DNA from: Candidatus Gastranaerophilales bacterium
GTDB taxonomy: Bacteria > Bacillota > Clostridia > Lachnospirales > Lachnospiraceae
NCBI GenBank assembly: GCA_023663225.1
Contig: JAMPHU010000010.1
Location: 1,513-65,512, forward strand
DNA length: 64,000 bases
Reading direction: 5' to 3'
This document shows, piece after piece, positions 1 through 10,253 of the stretch. The notes under the pieces were generated by a model, which saw nothing but the letters and a program-made list of their open reading frames with translations, was not told where the DNA came from and did no database searches. Position 1 is the stretch's first letter, and each line of letters starts with the position of its first letter. Both the position numbers and the translations under genes were made by a program.

Positions 1-86
1 GGAGATATACATACCGAAATCCTGGCAGATATAAAGTCAAGAGTCCCTTTGGGAACAGGGTTTACAAGAACAGATTGGCGGTTGGA

Positions 87-1865
87 ATGTTTTATCCGGA
101 AGAATTAGTAGAAGAAGTCCGAACGAAGAACGACATTGTGGAAGTCGTGTCGGGTTATGTAAAATTACAAAAAAAGGGCGGTAGTTATTGGGGACTGTGT
201 CCGTTTCACAATGAGAAGTCACCTTCCTTTTCCGTGTCCGGCGCCAAGCAGATGTACCACTGTTTTGGCTGTGGGGCAGGGGGAAATGTGTTCACTTTTC
301 TGATGAACTATGAGAATTTCACCTTTCCGGAGGCGATTCGGGCGTTGGCGGAGAAGGCCGGCGTGGCGCTGCCGCAGGAGGAGGACTCGGCGGAGGCGCG
401 GAGGAAGGCTGGGAGACGCGCCAGACTTTTGGAAGTCAACAAGGAGGCGGCCAAATTCTTTTATTATCAGCTTCGCGCCCCGCACGGGGAGACGGGACTT
501 GCGTATTTGCGGAAGCGGGCGCTGTCTGACGAGACCATCCATCGGTTTGGACTGGGTTACGCGGGCAAGAGCGGCGAGACGCTGGTGGAGTATCTGAGGA
601 GCAAGGGGTTTGAGGATGCGTTGATCAAGGAGGCTGGGATCGCCAATTATTCAGAACGTCATGGTCTGCGCAGCCAGTTTTGGAACAGAGTGATGTTCCC
701 CATCCAGGATATCAACCACAGGGTCATCGGTTTCGGCGGGCGTGTCATGGGTGACGGCGAGCCAAAGTACCTCAATTCTCCGGAGACGCCGGTGTTTGAC
801 AAGCGCAGGAATCTATACGGACTGAATTTCGCCAGAACCGCGAGAAGCGGCAACATGATCCTGTGCGAGGGATATATGGATGTGATCGCCATGCACCAGG
901 CGGGTTTTACGCAGGCGGTGGCCTCACTGGGAACGGCTTTCACGATAGAGCAGGCGGCTCTGCTGCACCGCTATACGGAGAATGTGCTGTTGGCTTACGA
1001 CAGCGACGGCGCGGGCGTGAAGGCGGCGCTCAGAGGGATCGGGATCCTGCGGGAGGCGGGACTGACCGGAAGGGTGATCGACATGCGTCCCTACAAAGAC
1101 CCGGACGAGTTTATCAAAAACGAGGGCAGAGAGGCGTTCCAGGAGAGAATCGACCGTGCGGAGAACAGCTTCTTTTTTGAGATCCGTATCCTGGAAGGGC
1201 AGTACGATCAGAAGGATCCGGAGCAGAAGACGAAATTTCACCGGGAGATCGCCCGCAAGCTCTGTGAATTTACGGAGGATGTGGAGCGGGAGAATTATTT
1301 ACAGGCGGTGGCGGACAAGTACCAGATCGGTTTTGAGAATCTGCGGAAGCTGGTGATGAGCTATGCGGCCCAGACCGGCGCGGCGCGGCCCGTAGAGCGT
1401 CCCAGGTCTGGCAGCCGGCCCAAGAACGTTTCCGAGGAGAGTGCAAAGAAGGCGCAGCGGCTGTTGATCACCTGGATCACGGACGAGCCGTCCCTTTATG
1501 GGAAGATCCGCAAGTATATCTCCGCGGAAGATTTCACGGAGGAGCTGTACCGAAAGGTAGCGGAGAGGCTGTTTGCGGACTTAGAGCAGGGAAGCTACAG
1601 TCCTGCCGGTATCATCAGCATGTTCGAGGAGGAGGAAGAACAGCGGGAGGCGGCGGCGCTCTTCAACACCAGTCTGCCGCGGCTGGATACGGGAAAAGAG
1701 CGGGAAAAAGCCTTTCACGACATCCTTTTTTCGGTAAAAAGAAACAGTTATGAATATTATACCGCTAAAATGGGAACAGATGTAAATGCTTTAAAACAGG
1801 TAATTGATGGAAAGAAAGCTCTCGAGGAGCTTGCAAGAACGCATATTTCACTGGATGCGGGTTAA
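87..1865 (+). CDS. dnaG: DNA primase
   Basis: CHC2 zinc-finger motif [34 protein letters not shown]-type EGYMDVI and YDSDGAG motifs. ATG at 87 ([11 protein letters not shown]) preferred over TTG at 75. Followed by sigA as in the classical dnaG-sigA operon. Confidence 0.95.
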   Translation: MFYPEELVEEVRTKNDIVEVVSGYVKLQKKGGSYWGLCPFHNEKSPSFSVSGAKQMYHCFGCGAGGNVFTFLMNYENFTFPEAIRALAEKAGVALPQEEDSAEARRKAGRRARLLEVNKEAAKFFYYQLRAPHGETGLAYLRKRALSDETIHRFGLGYAGKSGETLVEYLRSKGFEDALIKEAGIANYSERHGLRSQFWNRVMFPIQDINHRVIGFGGRVMGDGEPKYLNSPETPVFDKRRNLYGLNFARTARSGNMILCEGYMDVIAMHQAGFTQAVASLGTAFTIEQAALLHRYTENVLLAYDSDGAGVKAALRGIGILREAGLTGRVIDMRPYKDPDEFIKNEGREAFQERIDRAENSFFFEIRILEGQYDQKDPEQKTKFHREIARKLCEFTEDVERENYLQAVADKYQIGFENLRKLVMSYAAQTGAARPVERPRSGSRPKNVSEESAKKAQRLLITWITDEPSLYGKIRKYISAEDFTEELYRKVAERLFADLEQGSYSPAGIISMFEEEEEQREAAALFNTSLPRLDTGKEREKAFHDILFSVKRNSYEYYTAKMGTDVNALKQVIDGKKALEELARTHISLDAG

Positions 1866-1923
1866 GATTATTAATGGGTTATTATACTACGGTAAATTTT
1901 TCCGGGAAGGATGGAACCAGAAG

Positions 1924-3036
1924 ATGGATGAAAACACACAGGCAAAATTTGAAGAAAAATTAAAAGAGCTGCTGAACATGGCGAGAAAGAAGAAAAATGT
2001 CCTGGAATATCAGGAAGTCGGGGATTTCTTTGCGGAGCTGCAGTTGGAGGAAGAGCAGTTCGAGAAGGTGCTGGAATATCTGGATCAAAATGGTGTGGAC
2101 GTGCTGCGCATCACGGAAGGTGATGATACGGAGGATGAGGAGATCATTTTGACGGATGAGGACGAAGTGGATGTGGAGAATCTGGATCTGTCCATTCCGG
2201 AAGGTATCAGCATTGAGGACCCTGTCCGCATGTACTTAAAAGAGATCGGAAAGGTGTCTTTACTCAGCGCGGACGAGGAGATCGAGTTGGCCAAGAAGAT
2301 GGAGCAGGGGGACCAGGAGGCGAAAAAACGTCTGGCGGAGGCAAACTTGCGTCTGGTGGTCAGCATCGCCAAACGTTATGTGGGGCGCGGTATGCTGTTT
2401 TTGGATCTGATCCAGGAGGGGAATCTGGGTCTGATCAAGGCTGTGGAGAAGTTTGATTACCGCAAGGGTTACAAGTTTTCCACCTACGCTACCTGGTGGA
2501 TTCGTCAGGCCATCACCAGAGCGATCGCGGATCAGGCCAGGACGATCCGTATTCCCGTGCATATGGTGGAGACCATCAATAAATTGATCCGCGTCAGTCG
2601 TCAGTTGCTACAGGAGCTTGGGAGGGAACCTACTCCCGAGGAGATCGCGGAGGAGATGCATATGCCGGTGGAGCGTGTGCGGGAGATCTTAAAGATCAGC
2701 CAGGAGCCGGTGTCTCTTGAGACGCCCATCGGCGAGGAGGAGGACAGTCATCTGGGAGATTTCATCCAGGATGACAATGTGCCCGTGCCCGCGGATGCGG
2801 CGGCGTCTATCCTGTTGAAGGAGCAGTTGGTGGAAGTGATGAGCACGCTCACGGAGAGAGAGCAGAAGGTGCTGCGTCTGCGCTTTGGACTGGACGACGG
2901 GCGCGCGCGCACGCTGGAGGAAGTGGGAAAAGAATTTAAGGTCACCAGGGAGCGCATCCGTCAGATCGAGGCGAAGGCATTGAGAAAGCTGCGCCACCCC
3001 AGCCGCAGCCGCAAGCTGAAGGATTATCTGGACTGA
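1924..3036 (+). CDS. sigA: Primary RNA polymerase sigma-70 factor
   Basis: Region 2/3 signature [32 protein letters not shown] and region 4.2 [29 protein letters not shown]. Acidic N-terminal region. ATG 1924 (MDENTQAKF) with a GGAAGGA RBS preferred to the ORF-track start 1804, which overlaps dnaG. Confidence 0.95.
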   Translation: MDENTQAKFEEKLKELLNMARKKKNVLEYQEVGDFFAELQLEEEQFEKVLEYLDQNGVDVLRITEGDDTEDEEIILTDEDEVDVENLDLSIPEGISIEDPVRMYLKEIGKVSLLSADEEIELAKKMEQGDQEAKKRLAEANLRLVVSIAKRYVGRGMLFLDLIQEGNLGLIKAVEKFDYRKGYKFSTYATWWIRQAITRAIADQARTIRIPVHMVETINKLIRVSRQLLQELGREPTPEEIAEEMHMPVERVREILKISQEPVSLETPIGEEEDSHLGDFIQDDNVPVPADAAASILLKEQLVEVMSTLTEREQKVLRLRFGLDDGRARTLEEVGKEFKVTRERIRQIEAKALRKLRHPSRSRKLKDYLD

Positions 3037-3866
3037 TGGACGAGGATAAAAACACACCCGTTCTTTCAGGAAGGCTACAGACGCTCTGCGGCATGGTGAC
3101 GCCCGGCAAGACGGTAGTGGATGTGGGTTGTGACCACGCTTATGCGGATATTTTTTTGATCCGGCAGGGAATCTGTCCCAAGGCGCTTGCCATGGATGTG
3201 CGGAAGGGGCCGTTGGCGGGGGCGAGAGAGCATGTGAAAGACTGCGGAGTGGAACCTTACATAGAGATACGGCTTTCGGACGGTTTGGAGGCTTATCGGA
3301 CGGGCGAGGCGAGTGTCCTGATCTGTGCGGGCATGGGCGGCAGACTGATGCAAAGGATCTTGGAGAGGGACAAAGCGAAAACGGAATCGTTTGACGAGCT
3401 GATTTTGCAGCCGCAGTCGGAACTGGCGGAATTTCGGGCATTTTTGCGTGTAAACGGCTATTTTCTTTTGCGCGAGGAGGCGCTGGTGGAAGGGGGGAAA
3501 TATTATTTCCCCATGAAGGCGGTTCTTGGCAGGGGAGCGGACGCTGCAGAGCGCGCCAGGCAGAAAGAGATGTTTGACGGACTGTGTGGCCGTCTGCGGG
3601 CAGTCGGTTTTTGGGGAAAAGAGTGCGTAAAATGGGAGAATGAGGAGAAGGCGGTCACAGAGCTGTGCGACGCCTTTGGCATGGGACTTTTGTGGGAGCA
3701 AAACGACTGTCTGCACGCTTATCTGACGGCAGGGTTTAAGAAACTGCTCAACTTGGAGAGCGCGCTTTCGGGCAGGGAGAGTGAGAGCGCGAGAGAGCGG
3801 ATCAGGCTCCTTGCAGCGGAGACGGCAAAATACAGGCAGGCGCTTGCGCTGTTTGAGACATTCTGA
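3036..3866 (+). CDS. trmK: tRNA (adenine22-N1)-methyltransferase, TrmK-like SAM methyltransferase
   Basis: SAM-binding motif VVDVGCDHAYADIFL, plus LSDGL and ICAGMGG. Start ATG overlaps the sigA stop. Same position after sigA as B. subtilis trmK (yqfN). Confidence 0.75.
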   Translation: MDEDKNTPVLSGRLQTLCGMVTPGKTVVDVGCDHAYADIFLIRQGICPKALAMDVRKGPLAGAREHVKDCGVEPYIEIRLSDGLEAYRTGEASVLICAGMGGRLMQRILERDKAKTESFDELILQPQSELAEFRAFLRVNGYFLLREEALVEGGKYYFPMKAVLGRGADAAERARQKEMFDGLCGRLRAVGFWGKECVKWENEEKAVTELCDAFGMGLLWEQNDCLHAYLTAGFKKLLNLESALSGRESESARERIRLLAAETAKYRQALALFETF

Positions 3867-3890
3867 CAGAAGGAAAGGTAGGATTGACGT

Positions 3891-5546
3891 ATGTGTGTAG
3901 TTACGGTAAATGGCGAGACCAAAAATTATCCCGCGGGGACGACTTTTGAACAGATCGCGGAGGCGTATCAAAAACAGTATGGCAGCGCGATCGCCGCTGT
4001 GTCTGTGGACGGCAAGATCAGGGAGTTGTTCAAACAGGTGACAAAGGACTGTAATCTGGAGTTTTTTACCATGCGGGATCCGGTGGGTCATAAGACCTAT
4101 GTGAGAACGGCCACCATGTTGTTTTTGAAAGCGGTGTATGACTGCTTTGGGGCGGAGACGGCCCACAACAGTCGGGTGGATTTTGCTGTGGGAGACGCCT
4201 ATTTTATCAATCCCAGAGGGCAGTTTGACGTCACAGAAGAGCAGGCTGAGAAGATCAAGGGACGTATGCAGGAATTGGTGGAGGCAAAGACTCCCCTGAT
4301 CAAACATTCCTATCCGCTGGACGAGGCGATAGAGTTGTTTCGTCAACAAGGGATGGCGGACAAGGAGAAGCTTTTCCGCTATCGCAGAAGTTCCTCCGTG
4401 AATGTATATGAGATCGAAGGATATTTTGATTATTACTATGGATATATGCTGCCGAATACAGGGTATGTGAAGTGGTTTGACGTGACCTTGTACGACGACG
4501 GTTTTATGCTGATGCTGCCGAGCAGAAAGGAGCCTGACAAGGTGGCGCCCTTTAAGGAGAGCAAAAAGCTGTATCGGACGCTCAGGGAAGCCGAGGAGTG
4601 GGGCAGGCAGATTGGTCTGGACAATGTGGGCGAATTGAATGATCAGATTTGTAACGATTCGCTGAGCGATCTGATATTGGTGCAGGAGGCGCAGCAGGAG
4701 CGCAGGATCGGTGAGATTGCCAAGGATATCGCAAGCAGGGAGGGCGTCAAATTTGTTATGATCGCCGGCCCTTCGTCCTCCGGCAAGACCAGCTTTTCCC
4801 ACAGGCTGTCGGTGCAACTGCGCACCTTGGGCAAGACGCCCCACCCCATCGCGCTGGACGATTATTTTGTCAACAGGGAGTTGACGCCCCGAGATGAGAA
4901 CGGAGATTACGATTTTGAATGTCTGGGAGCTATGGATGTCAAGAAGTTCAATGAAGATATGGTGCGGCTCTTAAGCGGCGAGCGCGTGGAACTTCCCACC
5001 TTTAATTTCAAGACGGGACAGAGAGAGTACAACGGACATTTTATGCAGCTTGGCAAGGAGGATATCCTTGTGATCGAGGGGATCCACGGACTGAATGAGA
5101 AAATGTCCTATGAGCTGCCCAACCGAAGCAAGTACAAAATTTACATCAGCGCGCTGACCAGCATCAATATTGACGAGCACAACCGGATCCCCACCACGGA
5201 CGGCAGGCTCTTGCGCCGCATGGTGCGGGATGCCAGAACCAGAGGATCGGATGCGGCGCGGACGCTCGGCATGTGGGAGTCCGTGCGCAGAGGGGAGGAG
5301 CAGAATATTTTCCCCTTCCAGGAGGAGGCGGACGCCATGTTCAACTCCGCTCTGATCTATGAGCTGGCGGTTTTGAAACCATTTGCGGAGAGGCTTTTGT
5401 TCCAGATCCCCAAGGGCGTCCCTGAGTACCATGAGGCCAAGAGACTGTTGAAATTTTTGGATTATTTTTTGAGCGTGCCCAGTGAAAGTCTGCCCAACAA
5501 TTCGATCTGTCGGGAATTTGTGGGCGGGAGTTGTTTTCGAGTGTAA
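3891..5546 (+). CDS. Uridine kinase/phosphoribulokinase-family P-loop kinase with a long N-terminal TGS-like extension
   Basis: Walker A MIAGPSSSGKTSFSHRL at about residue 290. C-terminal half resembles Udk/PRK-family kinases (LVIEGIHGLNE, RRMVRDARTRG). N-terminus VTVNGETKNYPAGTTFEQIAE..VDGKIRELF is beta-grasp/TGS-like. Confidence 0.7.
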   Translation: MCVVTVNGETKNYPAGTTFEQIAEAYQKQYGSAIAAVSVDGKIRELFKQVTKDCNLEFFTMRDPVGHKTYVRTATMLFLKAVYDCFGAETAHNSRVDFAVGDAYFINPRGQFDVTEEQAEKIKGRMQELVEAKTPLIKHSYPLDEAIELFRQQGMADKEKLFRYRRSSSVNVYEIEGYFDYYYGYMLPNTGYVKWFDVTLYDDGFMLMLPSRKEPDKVAPFKESKKLYRTLREAEEWGRQIGLDNVGELNDQICNDSLSDLILVQEAQQERRIGEIAKDIASREGVKFVMIAGPSSSGKTSFSHRLSVQLRTLGKTPHPIALDDYFVNRELTPRDENGDYDFECLGAMDVKKFNEDMVRLLSGERVELPTFNFKTGQREYNGHFMQLGKEDILVIEGIHGLNEKMSYELPNRSKYKIYISALTSINIDEHNRIPTTDGRLLRRMVRDARTRGSDAARTLGMWESVRRGEEQNIFPFQEEADAMFNSALIYELAVLKPFAERLLFQIPKGVPEYHEAKRLLKFLDYFLSVPSESLPNNSICREFVGGSCFRV

Positions 5547-5575
5547 GACCGCGCAGAGAAAGAGGAACAAGAGCG

Positions 5576-7144
5576 ATGGAGCAGGAGAAAGAAAAAGGCC
5601 TGGATCGGGTCAGAAGAGTGGTAAACCAATTTTCCAAAGGGGCGCTTGCCGTGATCGGTGCATTTATTTTTGCTTATCTGTCCTGGCATGCGTTTTACAG
5701 GACACAGTTTATGGATCCGCTGGGGATTGAACTGCCCTTTAATGTCCCTGATTCCAAGCTGCAAAATATTCTGGTGATCCTTTTGGCAGGCGCAGGGATG
5801 GCGGCGCTTTTGTGGCTGGAGAGAAAGCTGCCCGACAGGGTGCAAAAATGGATGATATGGGGCAGCGTGGCTGTCGCGGCCGTGTGGATCGGGATCGTCG
5901 CTTTCTGGTGGATTCATGCCGCTGTCAGGGTGCCGCTTGCCGATCAGGCGGAAATATATTGGCGGGCCCTTGATTTTTCTCATGGGGAATACGCTTCTTT
6001 GACGCCGGGTGGTTATGTGGATCGTTTTCCCAGACAACTGGGGTTGATCGGCCTGGTGGAGATCTTATATGCTCTGGCGGGAGAAAATTGTTTTTATGCG
6101 TTTGAGGTGATGTGCGCCGTTATGACCGTGGGGGTCGTCCTGGCAGGCTATCTGTGTCTTGGGGAGTTAGATGACGGGATGCCTTTGGCGGTATTCTATA
6201 GTCTGACGATGCTTGGCTGTTTTCCGCTTGCGTTTTACACCAGTTGGATGTATGGTGAGATTCCCGGCGTTTTCTTTTCACTGTGGGGAATCTGGATGCT
6301 GTTTCGTTACAATAACAAGCGTCATGTCCGCTGGCTGATCGGGGGGGCAATCCTTTTATCGGTCGCCTATCTGTTGCGAGCCAATTCGATGGTTCTGATT
6401 ATCGCGGCGGTTTTGGCGCTGTCTCTCTCCGCTTTTGTCAAAAAGGACTGGAAGCTGCTGATTGCGGCGCTCTGCACGGCCCTGATACCGAATCTTGCCG
6501 GCGCGGGCGTACAGCAGATCTATGCGCTGCGCTCGGGCCTGGAAAAGTCAGATGGGCTTTCCGCCTGGAGCGGGATTGTGCTCGGCGTGCAGGAGAGCGC
6601 CGGCAGATACGGGTGGGATCACGATAATTACGAGTATACCGTGTACATCGAAAATAATTGCGACAAAGAGGCTGCCAAGGCGGTATTTCGCCGTGATTTT
6701 CAGGAGCGGATGGAGGTATTTCGCGCCGATCCCGCTTACGCACGTCTTTTTTTCCGCGAAAAGATTTTATCCCAGTGGAATGAGCCGCTATATCAGGGGT
6801 TATATTTTGGCGACAATTATGATCCGAATGAGCCGCCCGAAGAGGATTCCTTGGTCTACAGATTAAATACGGATTTGCTGTCGCCTTTGCTGCGGATCTG
6901 CGACAGGCTGCAGATGGTGCTGTATTTTGGGATGCTCTTATACTTTATATGGGGGATCCGCAGTGATGACGATCTGGTGAAACATATCTTCGTGATCAAT
7001 GTGATCGGCGGTTTTCTTCTGAGTGTGATATGGGAGGCGAAGGCTCGGTACATCTTTCCGTACTATATCGTGATGTTTCCGGTGGCCGCTATGGGGTTTC
7101 GAAGTTTCGTGCTGTTTATCGAGAGGCAATTCTTGAAACATTGA
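5576..7144 (+). CDS. Polytopic membrane protein, GT-C/PMT_2 (ArnT-like) glycosyltransferase family, paralog 1
   Basis: At least 10 predicted TM helices. First-loop motif PLADQAEIYW. Conserved C-terminal motifs FFREKILSQWNEPLYQ and EAKARYIFPYYIVMFP are shared with the next gene. ATG 5576 with an AGAGGAA RBS preferred over 5531. Confidence 0.6.
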   Translation: MEQEKEKGLDRVRRVVNQFSKGALAVIGAFIFAYLSWHAFYRTQFMDPLGIELPFNVPDSKLQNILVILLAGAGMAALLWLERKLPDRVQKWMIWGSVAVAAVWIGIVAFWWIHAAVRVPLADQAEIYWRALDFSHGEYASLTPGGYVDRFPRQLGLIGLVEILYALAGENCFYAFEVMCAVMTVGVVLAGYLCLGELDDGMPLAVFYSLTMLGCFPLAFYTSWMYGEIPGVFFSLWGIWMLFRYNNKRHVRWLIGGAILLSVAYLLRANSMVLIIAAVLALSLSAFVKKDWKLLIAALCTALIPNLAGAGVQQIYALRSGLEKSDGLSAWSGIVLGVQESAGRYGWDHDNYEYTVYIENNCDKEAAKAVFRRDFQERMEVFRADPAYARLFFREKILSQWNEPLYQGLYFGDNYDPNEPPEEDSLVYRLNTDLLSPLLRICDRLQMVLYFGMLLYFIWGIRSDDDLVKHIFVINVIGGFLLSVIWEAKARYIFPYYIVMFPVAAMGFRSFVLFIERQFLKH

Positions 7145-7198
7145 CAAAGTGGTGAGACGACAAATGAGGAAGCGGGTATTCCCGAAGGAGAAACGAGA

Positions 7199-8806
7199 AT
7201 GTGGGATTGGGAGAAATCGGCAGATTTTCTGTACCGCGTGGGCAACTGGGTTGTGAGGATTGTCGGAGGTCTTATTTTCCTGGGACTTGCGTGGTATGCC
7301 ATGAGATATACCTATTATATGTGTCCGGGTGGAAATGAGATGCCGAGCATCGAGCGGGATTCCATATGGGGGAACCTGCTGGCGGCGCTGTTGGCGCTGT
7401 TGGTGCTGGCGGCGCTGTTGTTTGCGGAGAGACGGCTGGATATATACAGACAACTGTTCGTATGCAGGGTTACGGTGATTGCCGCCATGCTCTGGGTAGG
7501 CGGCGTCAGCGCGTGGTGGATCCTGTCGGCGGACAGGACGCCGGTGGGAGACCAGGCGTTTGTGTACGGTGGAGCATCCTATTTTCTGGAGGGAGATTAC
7601 CACTTTCTCTACAAGGGTTCCTACATGGGGATCTATCCTCACCAGTTGGCGTTGGTAGCGCTGTGTGAGCTGTTGTTTGTGTTTGTGGGAGCTTACAATT
7701 ATTTTGCCATTGAGGTGTGCTGCGCTGTGATGGCGGTGGGGAGCGTGTATGTGGGATACCGCATTGTCTCGGAACTCACAGATCACATGGCTGTGATTGT
7801 GGGATACAATCTGTTGATGTTTGGCTGTCTTCCTCTGATCTTCTATACGCCCTGGTGTTATGGGGACATCCCCAGTATCTTTTGTTCGCTGACGGCCGCG
7901 TGGATGCTGATTGTCTATGCCAAACAGGGGAAATGGAGATATCTGGTATTTATGGTGGCGGCTGTGGTGTTGGCGCTGCTGTTCCGGAAACATTCTTTGA
8001 TTCTTTTGGTGGCATTGTGTATTGCCGCGGCGCTGTATGCGCTGAGAAACAAGGATATCAGGATTATTTTGGCAGCAGTATCAGCTGTTATTTTATTTGA
8101 GGTCTCCTATCAGGGGATCTTCAAAATGTATGAGCTGCGCTCCGACGTGGAGCATGTGGAGGGGATGCCGATTCAGTGCTGGGTGGCCATGGGGCTTCAG
8201 GAAACAGAGTGGAACTACTACGGTTGGTATAACGATTACAGTAAGGCTATTTTTGCCGAATGTGAGTTTGACACAATATGGGCCAGACAGGCTGCCGAGC
8301 TAGAAATAGAGGAGAGAATTGATTTTCTGGTGGCCAATCCGGATTATGCGAAACTGTTTTTTCGGGAGAAGGTTCTCTCTCAGTGGAACGAACCCTTGTA
8401 CCAGGCTCTTTTTTTCAACAGCCAGCAGGCTTACGAAGGGACATATGACGAAAATTCCCTGGCGTATCGGATTGGCGGGGAGTATTACGGGAGAGTGTTG
8501 GCATTTTGCAACCGCTGGCAGTTTGTGATATTTTTGGGGATGTTGTGCTATTATCTGTTTGCCGTGAGGCGGGACAGCAATATTTTACAGCATGTGCTGG
8601 CGATCACGATCATCGGCGGCTTTTTGTTCAGTATTGTCTATGAGGCCAAGGCCAGATACATTTTTCCTTATTATGTGATGATGTTCCCTTTCGCCGTGTA
8701 TGGCTATCAACTGATGTTGGAGTGGATGATGAGGCTGTTTGGGTCAGGCGAAGGCAGGAGAGCGGGAAGCGAGGAGCATTTCGACGAGACCGAGCGGACG
8801 GCGTGA
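7199..8806 (+). CDS. Polytopic membrane protein, GT-C/PMT_2 (ArnT-like) glycosyltransferase family, paralog 2
   Basis: Same length and topology as the upstream gene. Motifs PVGDQAFVYG, FFREKVLSQWNEPLYQ and EAKARYIFPYYVMMFP. AAGGAG RBS before ATG 7199. Confidence 0.6.
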   Translation: MWDWEKSADFLYRVGNWVVRIVGGLIFLGLAWYAMRYTYYMCPGGNEMPSIERDSIWGNLLAALLALLVLAALLFAERRLDIYRQLFVCRVTVIAAMLWVGGVSAWWILSADRTPVGDQAFVYGGASYFLEGDYHFLYKGSYMGIYPHQLALVALCELLFVFVGAYNYFAIEVCCAVMAVGSVYVGYRIVSELTDHMAVIVGYNLLMFGCLPLIFYTPWCYGDIPSIFCSLTAAWMLIVYAKQGKWRYLVFMVAAVVLALLFRKHSLILLVALCIAAALYALRNKDIRIILAAVSAVILFEVSYQGIFKMYELRSDVEHVEGMPIQCWVAMGLQETEWNYYGWYNDYSKAIFAECEFDTIWARQAAELEIEERIDFLVANPDYAKLFFREKVLSQWNEPLYQALFFNSQQAYEGTYDENSLAYRIGGEYYGRVLAFCNRWQFVIFLGMLCYYLFAVRRDSNILQHVLAITIIGGFLFSIVYEAKARYIFPYYVMMFPFAVYGYQLMLEWMMRLFGSGEGRRAGSEEHFDETERTA

Positions 8807-8814
8807 GTAGACGC

Positions 8815-8842
8815 TTGCTTTTTGCGGCGGGGAACGCTATAA
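8815..8842 (+). promoter_or_regulatory. Sigma-70-type promoter for rnpB (TTGCTT-N16-TATAAT)
   Basis: TTGCTT at 8815-8820 and TATAAT at 8837-8842, about 8 nt upstream of the inferred rnpB 5' end. Confidence 0.5.
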
Positions 8843-8849
8843 TAGTGGC

Positions 8850-9204
8850 GTGTAAGTAAGACAGATGATCGCGGCTGCCAGGCGGCAGTTGAGGAAAGTC
8901 CGGGCTTCACAGGGCAGGATGCCAGATAACGTCTGGTGGAGGCGACTCCCAGGATAGTGCAACAGAGAGATACCGCCGGATGCCTTTTTGGGTTTATCCG
9001 GTAAGGGTGGAAAGGCAGTGTAAGAGACTACCGTCCGTCTGGCAACAGGCGGAGCCATGTAAACCCCATCCGAAGCAAGACCAAGCAGAGAGCAATAGGC
9101 TTGCCCGGCCTGCTTTCAGGTAGGTCGCTGGAGGCGGCTGGCGACAGCCGCAGTAGATAGATGATCATCCAATGACATAACCCGGCTTATCGTCTTGCTT
9201 ACAC
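8850..9204 (+). ncRNA. rnpB: RNase P RNA, bacterial type A
   Basis: Universal P4 sequence GAGGAAAGTCCGGGC at 8891-8905. GGGCAGGATGCCAGATAACGTCTGG..AGTGCAACAGAGAG closely parallels E. coli M1 RNA. 3' P4 strand ACATAACCCGGCTTA. P1 pairing GTGTAAGTAAGAC (8850-) with GTCTTGCTTACAC (-9204). Confidence 0.9.
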
Positions 9205-9209
9205 AGCTT

Positions 9210-9336
9210 AAGGTTGTCGCAGGATAGCAATTCCAGTCATATCCGCTATACCATATTTTGTTCCGAAGCGGTGGCTAGTCACAAAATATGGTATAGCGGA
9301 TATGACAACGGCTATGGTGTGACAACCTTTATTTTT
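9210..9336 (+). terminator. Compound long hairpin plus T-tract downstream of rnpB (probable terminator with a nested 26-bp perfect stem)
   Basis: Outer stem AAGGTTGTC (9210-9218) / GACAACCTT (9321-9329), followed by TATTTTT. Inner perfect 26-bp stem 9236-9261 / 9281-9306 with a 19-nt loop. Confidence 0.5.
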
Positions 9337-9431
9337 CGAGGGCAATGAACCGAGCGCCATGCTTGCATGAGCATTTGGCGAATGTCGCGGAGGTTGAGTT
9401 GACATAGATGCGGTCAAGGAGGACAGGACGC

Positions 9432-10253
9432 ATGGGAAAATATGGTGACACGGGACAAAAGCGGACAAGGGCGGTGTTGGCGGCGTTTTTTTTGACGGCG
9501 ATTTTGTGCGGAGGTTGTGCGGAGGGCAGCGCGAAAGACCGCGTGCCGGAGGAGGCTGGAGAGCGGTCAGGGACAGAGGCGGATATGAGCGCAGCGTTTG
9601 GAGAGCTTCTGACAGAGACGGACGGGGAGGCGTTTTGGGACCCTAAGGCGGACGCGGAGGATGGGCTTCAGAGGGCGATGACGGCGGCGGTGCGGATCGA
9701 TGCGGGAAAATGGTCCGGAAGCGGCGTTGTCTACGAGGCGACAGAGAGCGGACTTGCGATTGTCACGGCCGCCCATGTTCTGGCGGACGCCGGAGAGCGG
9801 GTGAAGGTGACTTTCTATGACGGATGGGAGGCCGAATGTGCAAAGTACCAGACGTTCGAGGAGACGGACTGCGCGTTTTTAATGGTGTCTGGCGAGGATT
9901 TGCCGGAGAATTATAAAGAAAACTATGCGGTTGCGCAGAAGGACAGAGAGCGGTTTGACCGCCTTGAGAGCGAGCAAAGTATTTTTTTGGCGGACCCCGA
10001 CAATGAGAATGGTTTTGGCTATCGTTTTGCGCTGTTGTCCGAGAGTTGGATCTACGTGGAAGATTTTGAACAACATATGATGCTTTTGAGCGGAACGGCG
10101 GATGCGGGGATGTCCGGCAGCGGCGTCTACGATGAGTCTGGGTGCTTTCTGGGGATCTTATGTGGAATGAGTGAGGAGGAACGCGTGTTGGCGGCGTTGC
10201 CCTACAGTATTGTGGACGCCATGTATCAGCAAGTTGATGTGCGCAACAAATAG
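9432..10253 (+). CDS. Secreted trypsin-like (S1 family) serine protease, probable lipoprotein
   Basis: Signal/lipobox AAFFLTAILCGGC. His motif IVTAAHVL and Ser motif DAGMSGSGVYDE. AAGGAGG RBS before ATG 9432. Confidence 0.75.
   Translation: MGKYGDTGQKRTRAVLAAFFLTAILCGGCAEGSAKDRVPEEAGERSGTEADMSAAFGELLTETDGEAFWDPKADAEDGLQRAMTAAVRIDAGKWSGSGVVYEATESGLAIVTAAHVLADAGERVKVTFYDGWEAECAKYQTFEETDCAFLMVSGEDLPENYKENYAVAQKDRERFDRLESEQSIFLADPDNENGFGYRFALLSESWIYVEDFEQHMMLLSGTADAGMSGSGVYDESGCFLGILCGMSEEERVLAALPYSIVDAMYQQVDVRNK

Noticed and set aside
1804-1923. N-terminal extension of sigA suggested by the ORF track
   Set aside because: Overlaps the dnaG 3' end. The conserved sigma N-terminus begins at MDENTQ (1924), which has a proper RBS.
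3075-4844. 589-aa minus-strand ORF antisense to trmK and the kinase gene
   Set aside because: Arg/Leu/His/Gln-rich low-complexity translation with no motifs. It fully overlaps two well-supported plus-strand genes and is a typical shadow ORF in GC-rich coding DNA.
6938-7993. 351-aa minus-strand ORF antisense to the GT-C paralogs
   Set aside because: Spans the intergenic gap and two supported genes. The composition is His/Arg/Gln-biased and non-protein-like.
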